Shown here piece by piece: positions 39,301-51,225 of a DNA stretch of 64,000 nucleotides. The notes under the pieces were generated by a model. That model searched no databases. It had not been told where the DNA came from and saw only the letters and a list, made by a program, of their open reading frames with translations. The position numbers and the translations under genes were made by a program. The stretch comes from Macrostomum lignano (Eukaryota). Every line of letters starts with the position of its first letter. Position 1 is the first letter of the stretch. The DNA is taken from NCBI GenBank assembly GCA_002269645.1, contig NIVC01000695.1, positions 248,001 to 312,000 of the forward strand. Reading direction: 5' to 3'.

Positions 39301-40632
39301 CAGGGGCGTCGCCATAGATTTAATGATGGATGGGGTGGGGACAAAGCCAAGAATTCAACATGTATTTGTAAAATTGCACAGGTGTAGCGGAGCACGGAGC
39401 GGAGTTCAAATAGAAAGAAAGAAATATCCGGTGACTCAAATTAACTATTAAATTTATCATTAATTATTCTAGGTCATTTATTTCGTGTTATTTAGTTGTA
39501 GAAATTGACAAAAAATAATATAAATAACTTATATTTAAAGTTACGAGTACTAGGCCTAGGGGCACAGTCTTGGCGGCAGTGGAGTGACTAAGCCAATATA
39601 CTAAATATAATCTAATGTTAATTTGGTCTGGTTGGCTCTATAGCCTATAGAGCAAAATTATTTCAAATAGTCTTGTCTGGTATCACTGGACTAATGTAAC
39701 GAAACACGCCGCGCGCGAGGAGGGAGAGAGAGCCTACACCCAAAAACACGAAACTCCCGCACTCAAAACCGCGCCAAAACTGGTCCACTAAAACCTTCAA
39801 TACTAACTTCAAAAAAGTGGTAACGAAAGTAATAAAACAGTAGATGAAATAATAGACATAATTTTTCTATAACAAAACATTAAAGCGCTTTCCCCTACCC
39901 CTATAATTATTACAAAAAAATCAATTTAAGTACATTAATAAATCAGATTGAAACTAAAAAAATTTATAGTACAACGACATCGTCACACAGGAGTAAATTT
40001 CTACATGTCCATAATTTTGAGAATCGATGTCAGCGCTCATTTTAGCGCAGCAGGCACTCATTTTAGCGCATCAGGCACTCATTTTAGCGCCGCAGGCACT
40101 CATTTTAGCGCAGCAGGCACTCATTTTAGCGCCGCAGGCACTCATTTTAGCGCAGCAGGCACTCATTTTAGCGCAGCAGGCACTCATTTTAGCGCAGCAG
40201 GCACTCATTTTAGCGCAGCAGGCACTCATTTTAGCGCAGCAGGCACTCATTTTAGCGCAGCAGGCACTCATTTTAGCGCAGCAGGCACTCATTTTAGCGC
40301 CGCAGGCACTCATTTTAGCGCCGCAGGCACTCATTTTAGCACCGCAGGCACTCATTTTAGCACCGCAGGCACTCATTTTAGCGCAGCAGGCACTCATTTT
40401 AGCGCCGCAGGCACTCATTTTAGCGCCGCAGGCACTCATTTTAGCGCAGCAGGCACTCATTTTAGCGCAGCAGGCACTCATTTAGCACATCAGGCACTCA
40501 TTTCCTGAAGAAAAATTATTATTTACTACAACGGGTCAGAAGGTGGGGTGGGGGGACAAACCATTGGCATGTGCCCCCGTAGCTTTTACTTGGGGGACAT
40601 GTCCCCCTGTCCCCTCGGTGGCGACGAGCGTG
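39301..40632. mobile_element. Putative non-autonomous TIR element carrying an internal 21-bp array
   Basis: Left end CAGGGGCGTCGCCA, right end TGGCGACGAGCGTG (11/14 inverted match). Right-terminal about 70 bp recurs at 50380-50454, ending TGGCGACGCCCCCGTG. TSD only 6/8. Confidence 0.45.
40030..40502 (+). repeat. 21-bp minisatellite (CAGGCACTCATTTTAGCGCAG)
   Basis: About 22 copies. Confidence 0.95.
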
Positions 40633-40765
40633 TGTGTGTGTGTCCACGTACAGTATTGGTGCGCTTGTCTGCCCTCAGGAGTCAGGGGAATGGGCAGAAT
40701 TGCCTTACCGTTGGATGTGAGACAATGTCACCAAATGCCTTGCGCCAGAGTGGCCCGCAGCCCTT
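40633..40765 (+). mobile_element. Diverged 3' half of SINE family 2
   Basis: GCGCTTGTCTGCCCTCAGGAGTC...ATGGGCAG..TTGCC...GTGAGACAATGTC resembles the reverse complement of the tails at 55585-55700 and 62500-62600. Confidence 0.55.
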
Positions 40766-40949
40766 CAGTTTAACCTTGCGATCCGTTGTTCTCAATATAA
40801 GATAAATCTTTAGGCTTTTCTCATAAAAAATGCTTTACCACGTATCCATATTCAATCTGTGTGCCGCTATCTCAGCTGGCCTCGTGCTGATAAGCCTTTT
40901 TTATTGCATCCGTGACAACAGGTTGGTATAATTCTGGCTGTGAATCAAA

Positions 40950-41150
40950 TATACTCAGCAACATTGAAAATTCGCCACCCTTTGGCCCAGTGAGCAGTGT
41001 CTTTCGACCAGCTTCTATTACCTAGCTCAGATAAATGTACTATTACCTTTTAATAACCATGTTGATATTAAATAATGCTTGAAAAAACAATGAAATCTGG
41101 GCGGAAGCTTCGATCCATCCAGTCTTCGACCTCCGCTCTTCCCAATCCGT
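40950..41150 (+). repeat. Dispersed repeat, about 190 bp (second copy 55895-56065)
   Basis: Shared ATACTCAGCAACATT...CCCAGTGAGCAGTGTCTTTCGACCAGC...GGGCGGAAGCTTC...CTCCGCTCTTCCC; this copy has an extra insertion of about 30 bp. Confidence 0.8.
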
Positions 41151-41414
41151 CGCGTGGCGCAAGTTGCGTCACTCAAAAGTCAATAAATACTGAGCTACAA
41201 TTTACCAAAGGTGGCGACTTTTTATTGTTTTTGAGTATAGTTACAAAATTAGATAATCCTGACAGAAATGTTTATCGAAATTTTCCAACGGTCAGAAACT
41301 CTAATGAAGCCGAGCTCTATTAGACAAAACCATTGTATAAAATTTGTTTAGACACAATTAGTGCAATATATCCGAGTTCGAATCTCCTAGTTAACAGAAA
41401 TTTGAATATCAATA

Positions 41415-42917
41415 TCAATTCTCGCTAGAATCAAGAAGTGGTCTATCTTCTTGGCTTGGGTCATTAAGAATCCCTGTCCATCTCTGTCCGGACGGCTCCT
41501 CAACGTCATCGTCCTCCTCGTAGACAACCTGCAGAGATCGAGCCACCCGTAGAGCGTACAGTCGCCAGTAGACGAGGCTTAACAGCAGCAACAGGAGCAA
41601 AATCGAATGGTAGATAAACAACAGAGGTGGCCTGTCTAAGCTTGGCGGCAGGCCCTGGCAGATGATGAAGAGAGAGCGGCTGGTCAGGTGCGCCAGGCCC
41701 CACACCGTCAGCATGACGCCGACAATCAGCGGCTTAGCGGCGTCGCGCTCAAAGCTGTCTACCAGCTCGTAGGCGGCCACCATGGTGAGGGCGGCAGCTG
41801 TCGCGTCCACCACCGATGCGGCGGTGCTGATCAACGACAGAGCGAACGGGTGAGAAACTCTGACACCACTGACTACAAGCAGACCCAGTTCAACTGTTGC
41901 CTCCATGACGATGCCGGAAAGAAGACGCTGCTGAATAGGCAGGCGTTGGCGACGGCCTCGGCAGCAGGCGGTGAAGACGAGAGCGCCATTGACGACAAGC
42001 AGAGCGATGGGGAGCAGAGCAACATGAGGAGGAAGGCCGCTGGCGCCGGTCTCTAGGTGGCCGCAGCCGCTACTACAGCTGGTGTTTGCTAATATGAGCG
42101 CTCGCTGAGCATCTAGCACGGCTGCTCGCTCGTCGCAAACGCCGATGAGGAAAGGTATTAGCATGCTGAACACGATGCAGCTGCGCTTTAGACGGCTTCT
42201 AGTCGGCAGTTGGACATGTCTGCAACTGAATGAGGGCAGCTTCATTACTTTAGGCGCACGCCGAGGCGTAGATTCGAGCAACGTTGTGCCCGGCGCGGGT
42301 GCTGCGGCAGCGTCGAAATAAGGAAGCGCCACGAAAGCGAGCGCTACAAAGATGAATGCACAGACCAACCAGACGAGGCTGGTGTGCTTTCCAACTCTGG
42401 GATTGTTGAACAACTTCTTCACCTGGATGCCCACTAAGAGACCAGCCGCTGCCGACATGTAGACCAGCGCGCAGAGCACAGTTCGATGTTGCGGTCTCGT
42501 CCGCTTGCTTAGCACTGCGTACATCACGTTTGGCATGACCAGGCCGTTGCACACCAGCACGAGAGCGCAGGCGGTCAGAGTGACGCCTGCAGATTCCAGC
42601 TGCCATTGGTCTGTGTACACTGAATAAGTCATGGCACCTGTCGATGCAAATAGTACGCAGCCGCCCAACTGGAGTGCTCGCAGGTGCCCAACGATGCAAG
42701 CTAGCAAGCCACCAAGAACTGGAAATAGAAAGCGACAGGTGTACATCCAGGAGAGCACAGAGACGGAATCCTCAGCTGAATGCTTTGCGACGCTGCTGTC
42801 ATTGACAGTTCCGGCTTCAGATTGGCTAAACTGGTACTCCACGACTTTCATGCAGCATCGCATCGCTAGGAGTGCCGCAGTGTGGCCGACAGTAGCCACA
42901 CTGCCAAGTGTAGGCAT
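41415..42917 (-). CDS. Divergent MFS transporter, SLC15/POT (PTR2)-like, single exon, 500 aa
   Basis: Multiple TM helices; LFPVLGGLLACIVG resembles POT TM2 (PLLGGWLAD), LVLVCNGLVMPN the PTR2 TM4 region, and AAYELV...AKPLIVG the late-helix EFAY..AP..MKS region. C-terminal EDRPLL dileucine motif. Confidence 0.7.
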   Translation of the reverse strand: MPTLGSVATVGHTAALLAMRCCMKVVEYQFSQSEAGTVNDSSVAKHSAEDSVSVLSWMYTCRFLFPVLGGLLACIVGHLRALQLGGCVLFASTGAMTYSVYTDQWQLESAGVTLTACALVLVCNGLVMPNVMYAVLSKRTRPQHRTVLCALVYMSAAAGLLVGIQVKKLFNNPRVGKHTSLVWLVCAFIFVALAFVALPYFDAAAAPAPGTTLLESTPRRAPKVMKLPSFSCRHVQLPTRSRLKRSCIVFSMLIPFLIGVCDERAAVLDAQRALILANTSCSSGCGHLETGASGLPPHVALLPIALLVVNGALVFTACCRGRRQRLPIQQRLLSGIVMEATVELGLLVVSGVRVSHPFALSLISTAASVVDATAAALTMVAAYELVDSFERDAAKPLIVGVMLTVWGLAHLTSRSLFIICQGLPPSLDRPPLLFIYHSILLLLLLLSLVYWRLYALRVARSLQVVYEEDDDVEEPSGQRWTGILNDPSQEDRPLLDSSEN

Positions 42918-43390
42918 TTCGAGCTTTCTAGAAATTATGATTCACAGGTGGCTGCTGTGCGCTCAACATCGAACCTAAATGGCCCAGCTAATCTGTTTTT
43001 TTTCAGCAGATAGCCGCGTGTACAGCTGTTGCCCTAATCATAAGATAGGTATCATGTTGCACTTCCATGCAAAAACTGATAATACCGCGGGCGCAGCTAC
43101 ATGTACACCCAATAAACATTTATAAACATCTAATTTCGAACGATAAAAGCTATGTTTAGAGTTTACTGGACCTCAAAAAGTCTGTCTGTGTGTGTGTGTG
43201 TTTTTGAATAGGCTTGTGAAGAATCAATGAGAGGCGATGTTGCACGATGGAAGATAAACAATATTAAACGTGCCAGAATAGTGCGTGTGTTTAAAACCAG
43301 AAATTAATGAAACTGAACCCCAATGATGTTGTGAGGAAAGATATGTTGTAAAGCACGCTCCTGTATTTTCAACAGTAATTCGACACGAGT

Positions 43391-44329
43391 TTGAGAAATT
43401 GTGTACTCAAACTACAGTCTGCTCTCGGTCTGGGAATGGTCTCTTCTGCTGCGCGGCAACTTCGAGCCAGACAGAAGCCCGGAATTCGAGTGTTCCTCGC
43501 GCCGCCAGGCGAATACCCGTCCGAGTTCGTGAGCTCGTTCGTCCTGGGTCCGGACAAGCACCACACGGTCAATATCGAGATGCTGCAGCAGGAGTACCAA
43601 TCTGACCAGTTCTCGTGTCGCAGTGACAAATCCGTTGTGCAGTTTGTGAATCCGTACGATGAAAGCCCGTACAATCACACCTACAGCTATTCCTACTGCT
43701 ACTACACATTGTATAACCAAGCCCTTCAAGAACTGTTCAACATGTCCGGAGGGATCGGCCCTCTACCGTGGCCTTTGAGAGGGAAGAACCATGCTTTCAA
43801 CTTGACCGGCGAGCCTAGCTTGTCAAAATCAGTCGCGAAACAGTTTGACGCTTTTATTGATAAGACAGCAAATATCGAAAAAAATCTGCCATCTGTAGCG
43901 CCCTTGCACCAGCCTGCACTACAAGGTGAGCATCTCCAGCGCCACGTGGCCGACCAAAAGCTCGCTTGCCAACTTCATCAACAGCTCGGTGAGGAAGGCC
44001 TGGGCTCAAGCCAAGACCCGTAACCTCAGTGTACCTGCGTTAGACTTTCTCATGACAGGAAACGCATCGAGCGTCGCCTCATATATTCGAGAGAATGTGC
44101 TTTTAAGCCAAATGCCGCACTCTGCAATAAAGTGGTGTTCTCAAAGGAGTACGGCGTGGTGAACTTTGTAGCGGATCTCGGAGGCATTATGGGAATTTAC
44201 CTGGGCATGTCACTGCTGACTTTGTGCGAACTGCTTGAGCTGCTGTTCGATACTCTGGCTTGGTGCATTTCAAAGAGTGGACGTGCCGGGAATGCAGTTG
44301 GGAGTGTCACTGAAGCTCGAGCCTCATAA
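43391..44329 (+). pseudogene. DEG/ENaC (amiloride-sensitive channel) C-terminal fragment with two frameshifts and an in-frame stop
   Basis: PGIRVFL...P, YSYSYC, PCTSLHYKVSISSATWP, YIRENV and ADLGGIMGIYLGMSLLTLCELLELL (TM2) occur in order but in three frames. TAG in CHL*RPC near 43895. No N-terminus or TM1 found upstream. Confidence 0.72.
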
Positions 44330-44539
44330 AGAAAAACATCGCAGATTTAACTATAGAGACACCGTTTTTATTTGGTTAAGCCTTTTACACTTTTAAATGC
44401 TTTGTCATATTTGCGCTTCTTAAAGTCACTATAAAATGTGATTATTTTTGGCAGTAGCCTAATTGTCAACAAGCTAATAAACTCTTAAAACTTTTTTGCT
44501 TAACAGTTTAACATATATATTGAAAGCTATATATTTTTT

Positions 44540-44767
44540 ATTACACCTGCCCTAATGGGCAGATGTGCAACCGACAGCTCAACCGCGGCTATTGCGCGGC
44601 GCATCTGAAGGCTGCGTACGACTGGGGGGGGGGGGGTCGCCACACCCACTCTCAATTGCCCCAGCTATTGCTGGTACCTCTTTAGTGTCTTGCTCAAGGA
44701 CATAAATTGTTCCGAGTGAGTCCAGAATCGAACCCCCGACCTATCAGTCGTGAGTCCAAAGCTCTGT
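44540..44767 (-). mobile_element. SINE family 1, copy 2 (internally deleted)
   Basis: Aligns with 3700-3965 (GCAGATGTGCAACCGACAGCTCA...GAATCGAACC.CCGACCT..CAGTCGTGAGTCC) but lacks about 40 bp of the CORE-like part. Confidence 0.75.
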
Positions 44768-45411
44768 TGTTCAGCTAATGAAGTTTACCACAAAAGTACT
44801 TTTTACTCTTTGCTTTGTCTGCCAAAAACTAACGTTCAAAGTAGTTTAGTGAAAGATTAGAAACAGTTTGTTCATCAACTCATCAGCTAAAAATAGGTGC
44901 AATAAACCAATAGATATTTTTGTCAGGTTAAGCTGGCGCCACCATGTCCGGATGCAAGCCAGATGTTGCCATGAATTCCAAATCTGGCACTTGCAGATCA
45001 TTTTCTCCGGGTACGATGCGTTGAAGAAATTCCGCCCATTGGCCATTTCTTCACGTACGGATAAGCTGCCCGGATCGGTGACTTCATCCGACGAGTCAGG
45101 GGTGCCTTTGATCAATTTTCAATGTTTGTGAGTACATTTAGAGAAACCTTGAGTAATTATTTAGCGGGCCGTTATGAAGAGCTGAGTATTACGTGTTACA
45201 TCTAAATTATGCTTTTCAAAGGCTTTCAAATGTAGCGATGCATTGTTAAAGTTTTTTTTCTATTTCTTCCCAACAGCCAATAGGATGTCGCCAAAAGCTT
45301 TCCTATCGGCAAAATGCCTGCATAAAACTGCTCCCCAATTTATTTGAGCATTGCAGCCCACTTCTACCCTGTCAGTGCGCTCAAACTCAGAAGCCATTTT
45401 AACTACTGATT

Positions 45412-47496
45412 ATGCATTACCAATTGATTGCCATTCTGCTTCTTGCGGCAGGTGAGTGTTACTTACATTTACATGTACATGAAAGGGTTTAGCCAGAATA
45501 TTTTCATTGCCTCTTTGAGTCAGTGCCATTTCATTTTCTTTATTACACATCGATATGGTTTTACCCAACGATTTTCGCTCAGTGACGAACGGTCGCGAGT
45601 TTGAACTCTTGAACAGCCGGTCTATCGTGATTGACGACTCGGTGAGCAGCAACCTGTTGAATGAGACCAGCTTCTTTCGATCTGATGTCGAATGTCTGTC
45701 TTGGTGCAACTTGAAACTCTGCGTTGCCGTCGTCGTGAACGACACTAGCAAAGTCTGCCAGATGGCCGTTATCAACGATGAGTCAACGGGCCAGCCGGGT
45801 CCCAACGGCAGTCACGTGACCAGGCAGCTCGGCTCGCCCAACGATTTCGCGGTGCGCGTGTGGAAAGCGGAAGACTTTGAGGCGCAGCTCAAATCGAAGG
45901 CTCCAATTAGTGATGTCGTTTTTAAAAGTAGGTCGCACAATATTTTGAGCTCACTGAAGCGTAAAAAGCTGAGCTTTTTTGTATGATTCACGACCATGAG
46001 GAGCTGACTCCCAATGCACAGAGTGTGTAAATGCCTGTGACCGCTTTACACCCTGTGTGAGCGCGTGTACATGTACGTATCCGTGTGAGTGTACGCTCTC
46101 TCTACGTGCAACGTAGTTCTACGGAGTTGAAATTGGGCCTTAAAATATTTTTCCGTATCTGATTCAACGATAACTTCTAGTAGGCAGCGGAATGATTTGT
46201 GAAGTAACAAGAAATATTTCAATATTTTGGATCTTAACCTGGTTGCAGATTCAAGTACTGGCCGGTCGGGACTCGTTCAAAACTACACGATCAATAGTAC
46301 CGGCTGCTACCGCATCCAGGCCTACGGAGCAGCTGGCGGCAGCACGACCGTTGTTAACTTGGGAGTTCGGCCCGGCTATGGAGCTTACGCCGCCGTGAAC
46401 TATAACCTAACAGCCGGCGCTGTGCTGAAAATCGTGGTCGGTCAAGCCGGTGAGAACGTCTCCTTCCCAGTTGGCGCCGGAGGAGGCGGTGGAAGCTTCG
46501 TGTACATCGACGGCGACACATATCCGATCCTGGTTGCCGGAGGCGGCGGCGCAATGTCGGGCTTTACCCCAGGTAAAAATTTTATTACACAGAGCATCGA
46601 TCAGGAAATTTAAAAGGTCGCCACAGTCGCAAAATGCAGCAACCAGTATTAGGAAGTTTCAGTTTTTGTTCGAGAGGTGTTCAGAAAGTTCTGACACTTT
46701 TATTCCTAAGAGTCTAAGTCCTTAGGCTTGAAAGATGAGCATGATGATAATTAATGACAATAATTTTGTTTCTACAATTGGATCAACTAACCATCTCGCA
46801 AGCATAACTTTTGAATGAAATGACGAAATACGTCAGTGTACCGCAAAAGATTGAATTTATTACCACCAATGACACCAATTGTACATTGTTACGTTTTCGC
46901 TCTGCGATTAAATGTATCAGAACTTTCTGGACATCAGTCGAAACTCCGGAAGGCCAGGTAAATCATTCATTAAACGAAATATACCAGGCATGGATGGCAA
47001 CAATGCCACCAGCGGAACATCCGCCTATAACTCTGCCGACACGTACTCCGGCGCCGGCGGCACCAACGGCGCTGCAGGTTCGTTCGGCAGTCAATTCGTG
47101 ACAAACATGACTGTCTCCTGCGGCGGTCCCGGAGCCGGTTGGAACGGCGCGGCCAACAAGTGCGGTTACAACAAACCTGGAGGCGGCGGTCTGAGCCGTT
47201 CCGGTGGCTGGCTCGGCGGCCTACGCAACCCCATCAGCTGCAGCAACGTCGCTGGCAACGGCGGATTTGGCGGCGGAGGCGCCGGCGGCGGCTGTGCCGC
47301 GTCGAACAAATTTGGCGCCGGAGGCGGCGGTGGCGGCTACAGCGGTGGCGGCGCGGGCTCAAAGTCAAATAGCGGCGGCGGCGGCGGAGGCTCCTACTGC
47401 AGCAGTGGCGGCGGCGGCTGCGTGATGGTCGCCGGTGCTAACGCTGAGCGGCACGGTCGAGTGCTGCTGAGACGGATGGGAGACACGTGCGCTTGA
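45412..47496 (+). CDS. Secreted protein: signal peptide, PAN/apple-like domain, ALK/LTK-type glycine-rich domain; exons 45412-45451, 45583-45927, 46249-46572, 46988-47496; 405 aa
   Basis: MHYQLIAILLLAAVTNG signal; SDVECLSWCNLKLCVAVVVNDTSKVCQM PAN-like Cys pattern; TGCYRIQAYGAAGG, LKIVVGQAG, GGGGGSFV, LVAGGGG, GGFGGGG, GGGGYSGG and GGGGGSY motifs of the ALK/LTK Gly-rich region. Three phase-1 GT-AG introns, 1218 nt, no TM or kinase. Confidence 0.78.
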
Positions 47497-47649
47497 ACTA
47501 GTACATCAGTTTGGCCTAGCGATTTCGCTAACGATTAACCTCTCTTAAAAATTACATGTACACTGGGCCTAGGCAGAATTTTTATGTGCCATTTTGGAGC
47601 CATTACTAATGGCGCTGTCTGGAAAGCGCCATTGTGAGGGCTCCAGAAC

Positions 47650-48682
47650 CGGGGGCTTTAGCACCAAGGGGCTTTAGCACCAAGGGGCTTTAGCACCAAG
47701 GGGCTTTAGCACCAAGGGGCTTTAGCACCAAGGGGCTTTAGCACCAAGGGGCTTTAGCACCAAGGGGCTTTAGCACCAAGGGGCTTTAGCACCAAGGGGC
47801 TTTAGCACCAAGGGCTTTAGCACCAAGGGCTTTAGCACCAAGGGGCTTTAGCACCAAGGGGCTTTAGCACCAAGGGGCTTTAGCACCAAGGGGCTTTAGC
47901 ACCAAGGGGCTTTAGCACCAAGGGGCTTTAGCACCAAGGGGCTTTAGCACCAAGGGCTTTAGCACCAAGGGGCGCCAGCACCAAGGGGCGCCAGCACCAA
48001 GGGGCGCCAGCACCAAGGGGCGCCAGCACCAAGGGGCGCCAGCACCAAGGGGCGCCAGCACCAAGGGGCGCCAGCACCAAGGGGCGCCAGCACCAAGGGG
48101 CGCCAGCACCAAGGGGCGCCAGCACCAAGGGGCGCCAGCACCAAGGGGCGCCAGCACCAAGGGGCGCCAGCACCAAGGGGCGCCAGCACCAAGGGGCGCC
48201 AGCACCAAGGGGCGCCAGCACCAAGGGGCGCCAGCACCAAGGGGCGCCAGCACTAAGGGGCTTTAGCACCAAGGGGCGCCAGCACCAAGGGGCGCCAAGC
48301 ACCAAGGGGCGCCAGCACCAAGGGGCGCCAGCACCAAGGGGCGCCAGCACCAAGGGGCGCCAGCACCAAGGGGCGCCAGCACCAAGGGGCTTTAGCACCA
48401 AGGGGCGCCAGCACCAGGGGTTGCCAGCACCAATTAAGGGGCGCCAGCACCAGGGGTTGCCAGCACCAATTAAGGGGCGCCAGCACCAGGGGTTGCCAGC
48501 ACCAATTAAGGGGCGCCAGCACCAGGGGTTGCCAGCACCAATTAAGGGGCGCCAGCACCAGGGGTTGCCAGCACCAATTAAGGGGCGCCAGCACCAGGGG
48601 TTGCCAGCACCAATTAAGGGGCGCCAGCACCAGGGGTTGCCAGCACCAATTAAGGGGCGCCAGCACTAGGGGCGCCAGCATC
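47650..48682 (+). repeat. Composite minisatellite: 16-bp GGGGCTTTAGCACCAA, then GGGGCGCCAGCACCAA, then a 36-bp dimeric unit
   Basis: Three successive variant blocks read directly. Confidence 0.95.
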
Positions 48683-50325
48683 AGAGGGCGAATTACCCGC
48701 GATCGATTTCGGCCACATTCATTTGTAACTCGTTGGTTAAAAAATTAGCCTTGAGGCTTATCGTGCGATTCTTGCTATTTAGCCTGCATAGGCATCCGTG
48801 TGCGTGCTCAGGGTTCAGCAGAATGGGCCCTGTTTGCCTCCACCTTGGCCTGATGATACCCAAGTACCATGAGAGTGTTCTTTTAGTTTTATTGGGACGT
48901 AGGGACAGTTTGCCTCGGAAATAGCTGTTTTTTATTGAACTCCAGTTTCTGATAAAAAAGCGCACGCTCTGTGATGCGTTACAAATTTTTGTTTTAAGGT
49001 AACATCATATGGATCGAGTAGAGAAAAAACGTTTTTGTTAAATATCTACACATATTTTGATATTTTTAAGTTTGTGAAAATTCGTAATGCACTGATAATA
49101 AGAACAAAACTTTTTTTAATAAAGTTTTGTGCTTATTCGCTTTTGAATTTAGGTTTTAACAGATGTACTATACTCGTACCAATGCTGAAAATGATTTTTT
49201 TAGCTTTTTAGTAGCTAATTCATCTGTTTTACAGATTTCAATTATGAAAAAACTATTCATTAAAGATATTTGAATTTATTCGTATTTTCTAAATTTACCT
49301 AATTTAATAGTTTTACACATTTTTATAACTTTAAACGATTAAACAGCTAATGTGCACATTTAATTTAATCTTTGTTACTTTGTGGACATTTCAAAATCAC
49401 AGTTTTCTAGAAGTACCTAGCTACTCTGTTTAATCCTCTTTATATCCTAATCAAATTTTGTTTTCATTGTTTATTTAATAATCCAAACCTGTTTTGTTAT
49501 AATTTTTCATTTCAAAAGCTTTCTGACAAATTATTACATTATTTTTCGACTATGTTTTCACAAGTTCGTTCATGTCCTTATGTATTGTTCAAAACAGTTA
49601 TAAAAACAGCTAGTGCCACCCTCCACGCAAGTCGACATTTTTCGCCCTCGTGTTTGCTTAAAAAATCTTAAAAGAGCAATAATGAAATAAGTGCAGTTCA
49701 CGGTGGAGTTACGTTAACTCGGAGGTTGAATTTTTAACACGCACGATATATGCGCGGGGATGGCACTTTTGACTCTTGCTGAGTATGTATATAATGCGCT
49801 ACTGTTTCTATATCTACCAGTTAAGAATATCTTTTGTTTGACCGCCTAACTTCAAGTAGTACGTAGTAGTACCACCATGAATTGGGTCACCACGGTTACG
49901 ATGAAGGTCACTAGTGGGGATCACCGAAGGGTACGTTGTCTTTGCGGTTACAATAAAGTTCAATAAAGGCCGGGTCGTCATTAAGGATTAAGAATCGGAC
50001 ACGTACGTACCCAACTTGTTTATTTCTCAATCTTTTTGTTAACTCTAGTTATGAAGGTTTTCGAAAGTTTGTTTCAACTGGTAGAATTTTTAAATAATTT
50101 GTGTACTTTTTTCTAAAATAAACTATTTTTAATGCACTCGATATTTTTTTTCATACGTTTAAACAAAAACAAAACTGTTTGTTTTAATTTTTCACTCAAA
50201 AAGTGACCAGAACAAATACAGTACGAGCTGTATAATTTTCACTCTGCGCCATTCGTAAGTGAAATCGCCGAGAATATCCTACCTAAAACCATTGAATGAC
50301 TGTATAGTGAAGAAACCACAGCACC

Positions 50326-50454
50326 CAGTGGCGCATAAGCTGCTATGCTGGAAAGGGATGGAGATGGCGTCGCCCCCCATCGCATGTCCCCCATAGCTTT
50401 TACTGGGGGGGGGGCATGTCCTCCTGTCCCCCCCCCGGTGGCGACGCCCCCGTG
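50326..50454. mobile_element. Short MITE-like remnant sharing its right end with 39301-40632
   Basis: CATGT.CCC..TAGCTTTTACT.GGGGG.CATGTCC.CCTGTCCC..CGGTGGCGACG shared with 40565-40628. Confidence 0.5.
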
Positions 50455-50889
50455 TTTTAGGTCCACTAACTTTAGAGGCCATCATCAAATCCGTATACTA
50501 AAAATGGTCTGTCGGCAGGTAGGTATCAACTCATTGCAGTTGTTAGTTAGTTATTCAAACTGCATATTTAATGAGATGACGGAAAAACTGCAATGCCGAT
50601 GATTAATCGGGCCCACATAAAAGCAACAGGGAAGAATATGTAGATAGGAGCATTAGAGGCATATTTCATAATTGCTTTTCTACCCCCCCCCCCAACAAGT
50701 ATAGGGATGTTGATGGCAGGAATTTAATTATCATAATTGCTGTTTTATGGCCGTCTCCCAGAGTCCTGAGATCAAGCGGCATCGCAGAGGGAGGGAGGTC
50801 TTTTCGACCTACAATGTGATGTAGCGTAAATAGTTGCTGTAAGCTCTGCTGTTTTTTATTAAAGGCAGGTGGGCTCTGGGCTGTGAGCT

Positions 50890-51225
50890 AGCACCTGTCA
50901 CACTTTAAATGACATTGTCACGCAACCGGCGAGAGGCACTACTGCCCATTCCGCCGACTCCCCTGAGCAGGCGCACGGATACGTACGCAGTCATACGCAC
51001 AGGCATCCACACACACAGGAGTGTACAGCGGCCCTAACTTTATTTTTCGATAGGCATGTACACTTCACTGTGCCTTGGGGGTTGGCTCTCAAGGCCGTTA
51101 ATTGCACGAGCAGAGCCAAGCCAAGATTCCAATTTAGCCCCAAATTAATGTGACTGCATTTGGAATCGAGCCTGGGCCGCTGGCACACCAGAGCCCCGGG
51201 CTGGGCCACTATAGGCTACAGCCAC
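50890..51225 (-). mobile_element. tRNA-derived SINE family 2, copy 1
   Basis: Shares AGATTCCAATTTAGCCCCAAATTAATGTGACTGCA.TTGGAATCGAGCCTGGGCCGCTGGCAC and the 3' tail with copies at 55585 and 62497. Confidence 0.85.

Noticed and set aside
38199-40508. Long ORFs over the 20-bp and 21-bp arrays
   Set aside because: Repeat translations in multiple frames and both strands.
47912-48681. GAGAPWCWRPLVLAPL repeat ORFs
   Set aside because: 16-bp and 36-bp array translations.
48693-48965. ORF with KLSLRPNKTK..YLGII, faintly like an RT C-terminus
   Set aside because: Too short, and no YADD or other RT motif nearby; cannot be supported without a search.
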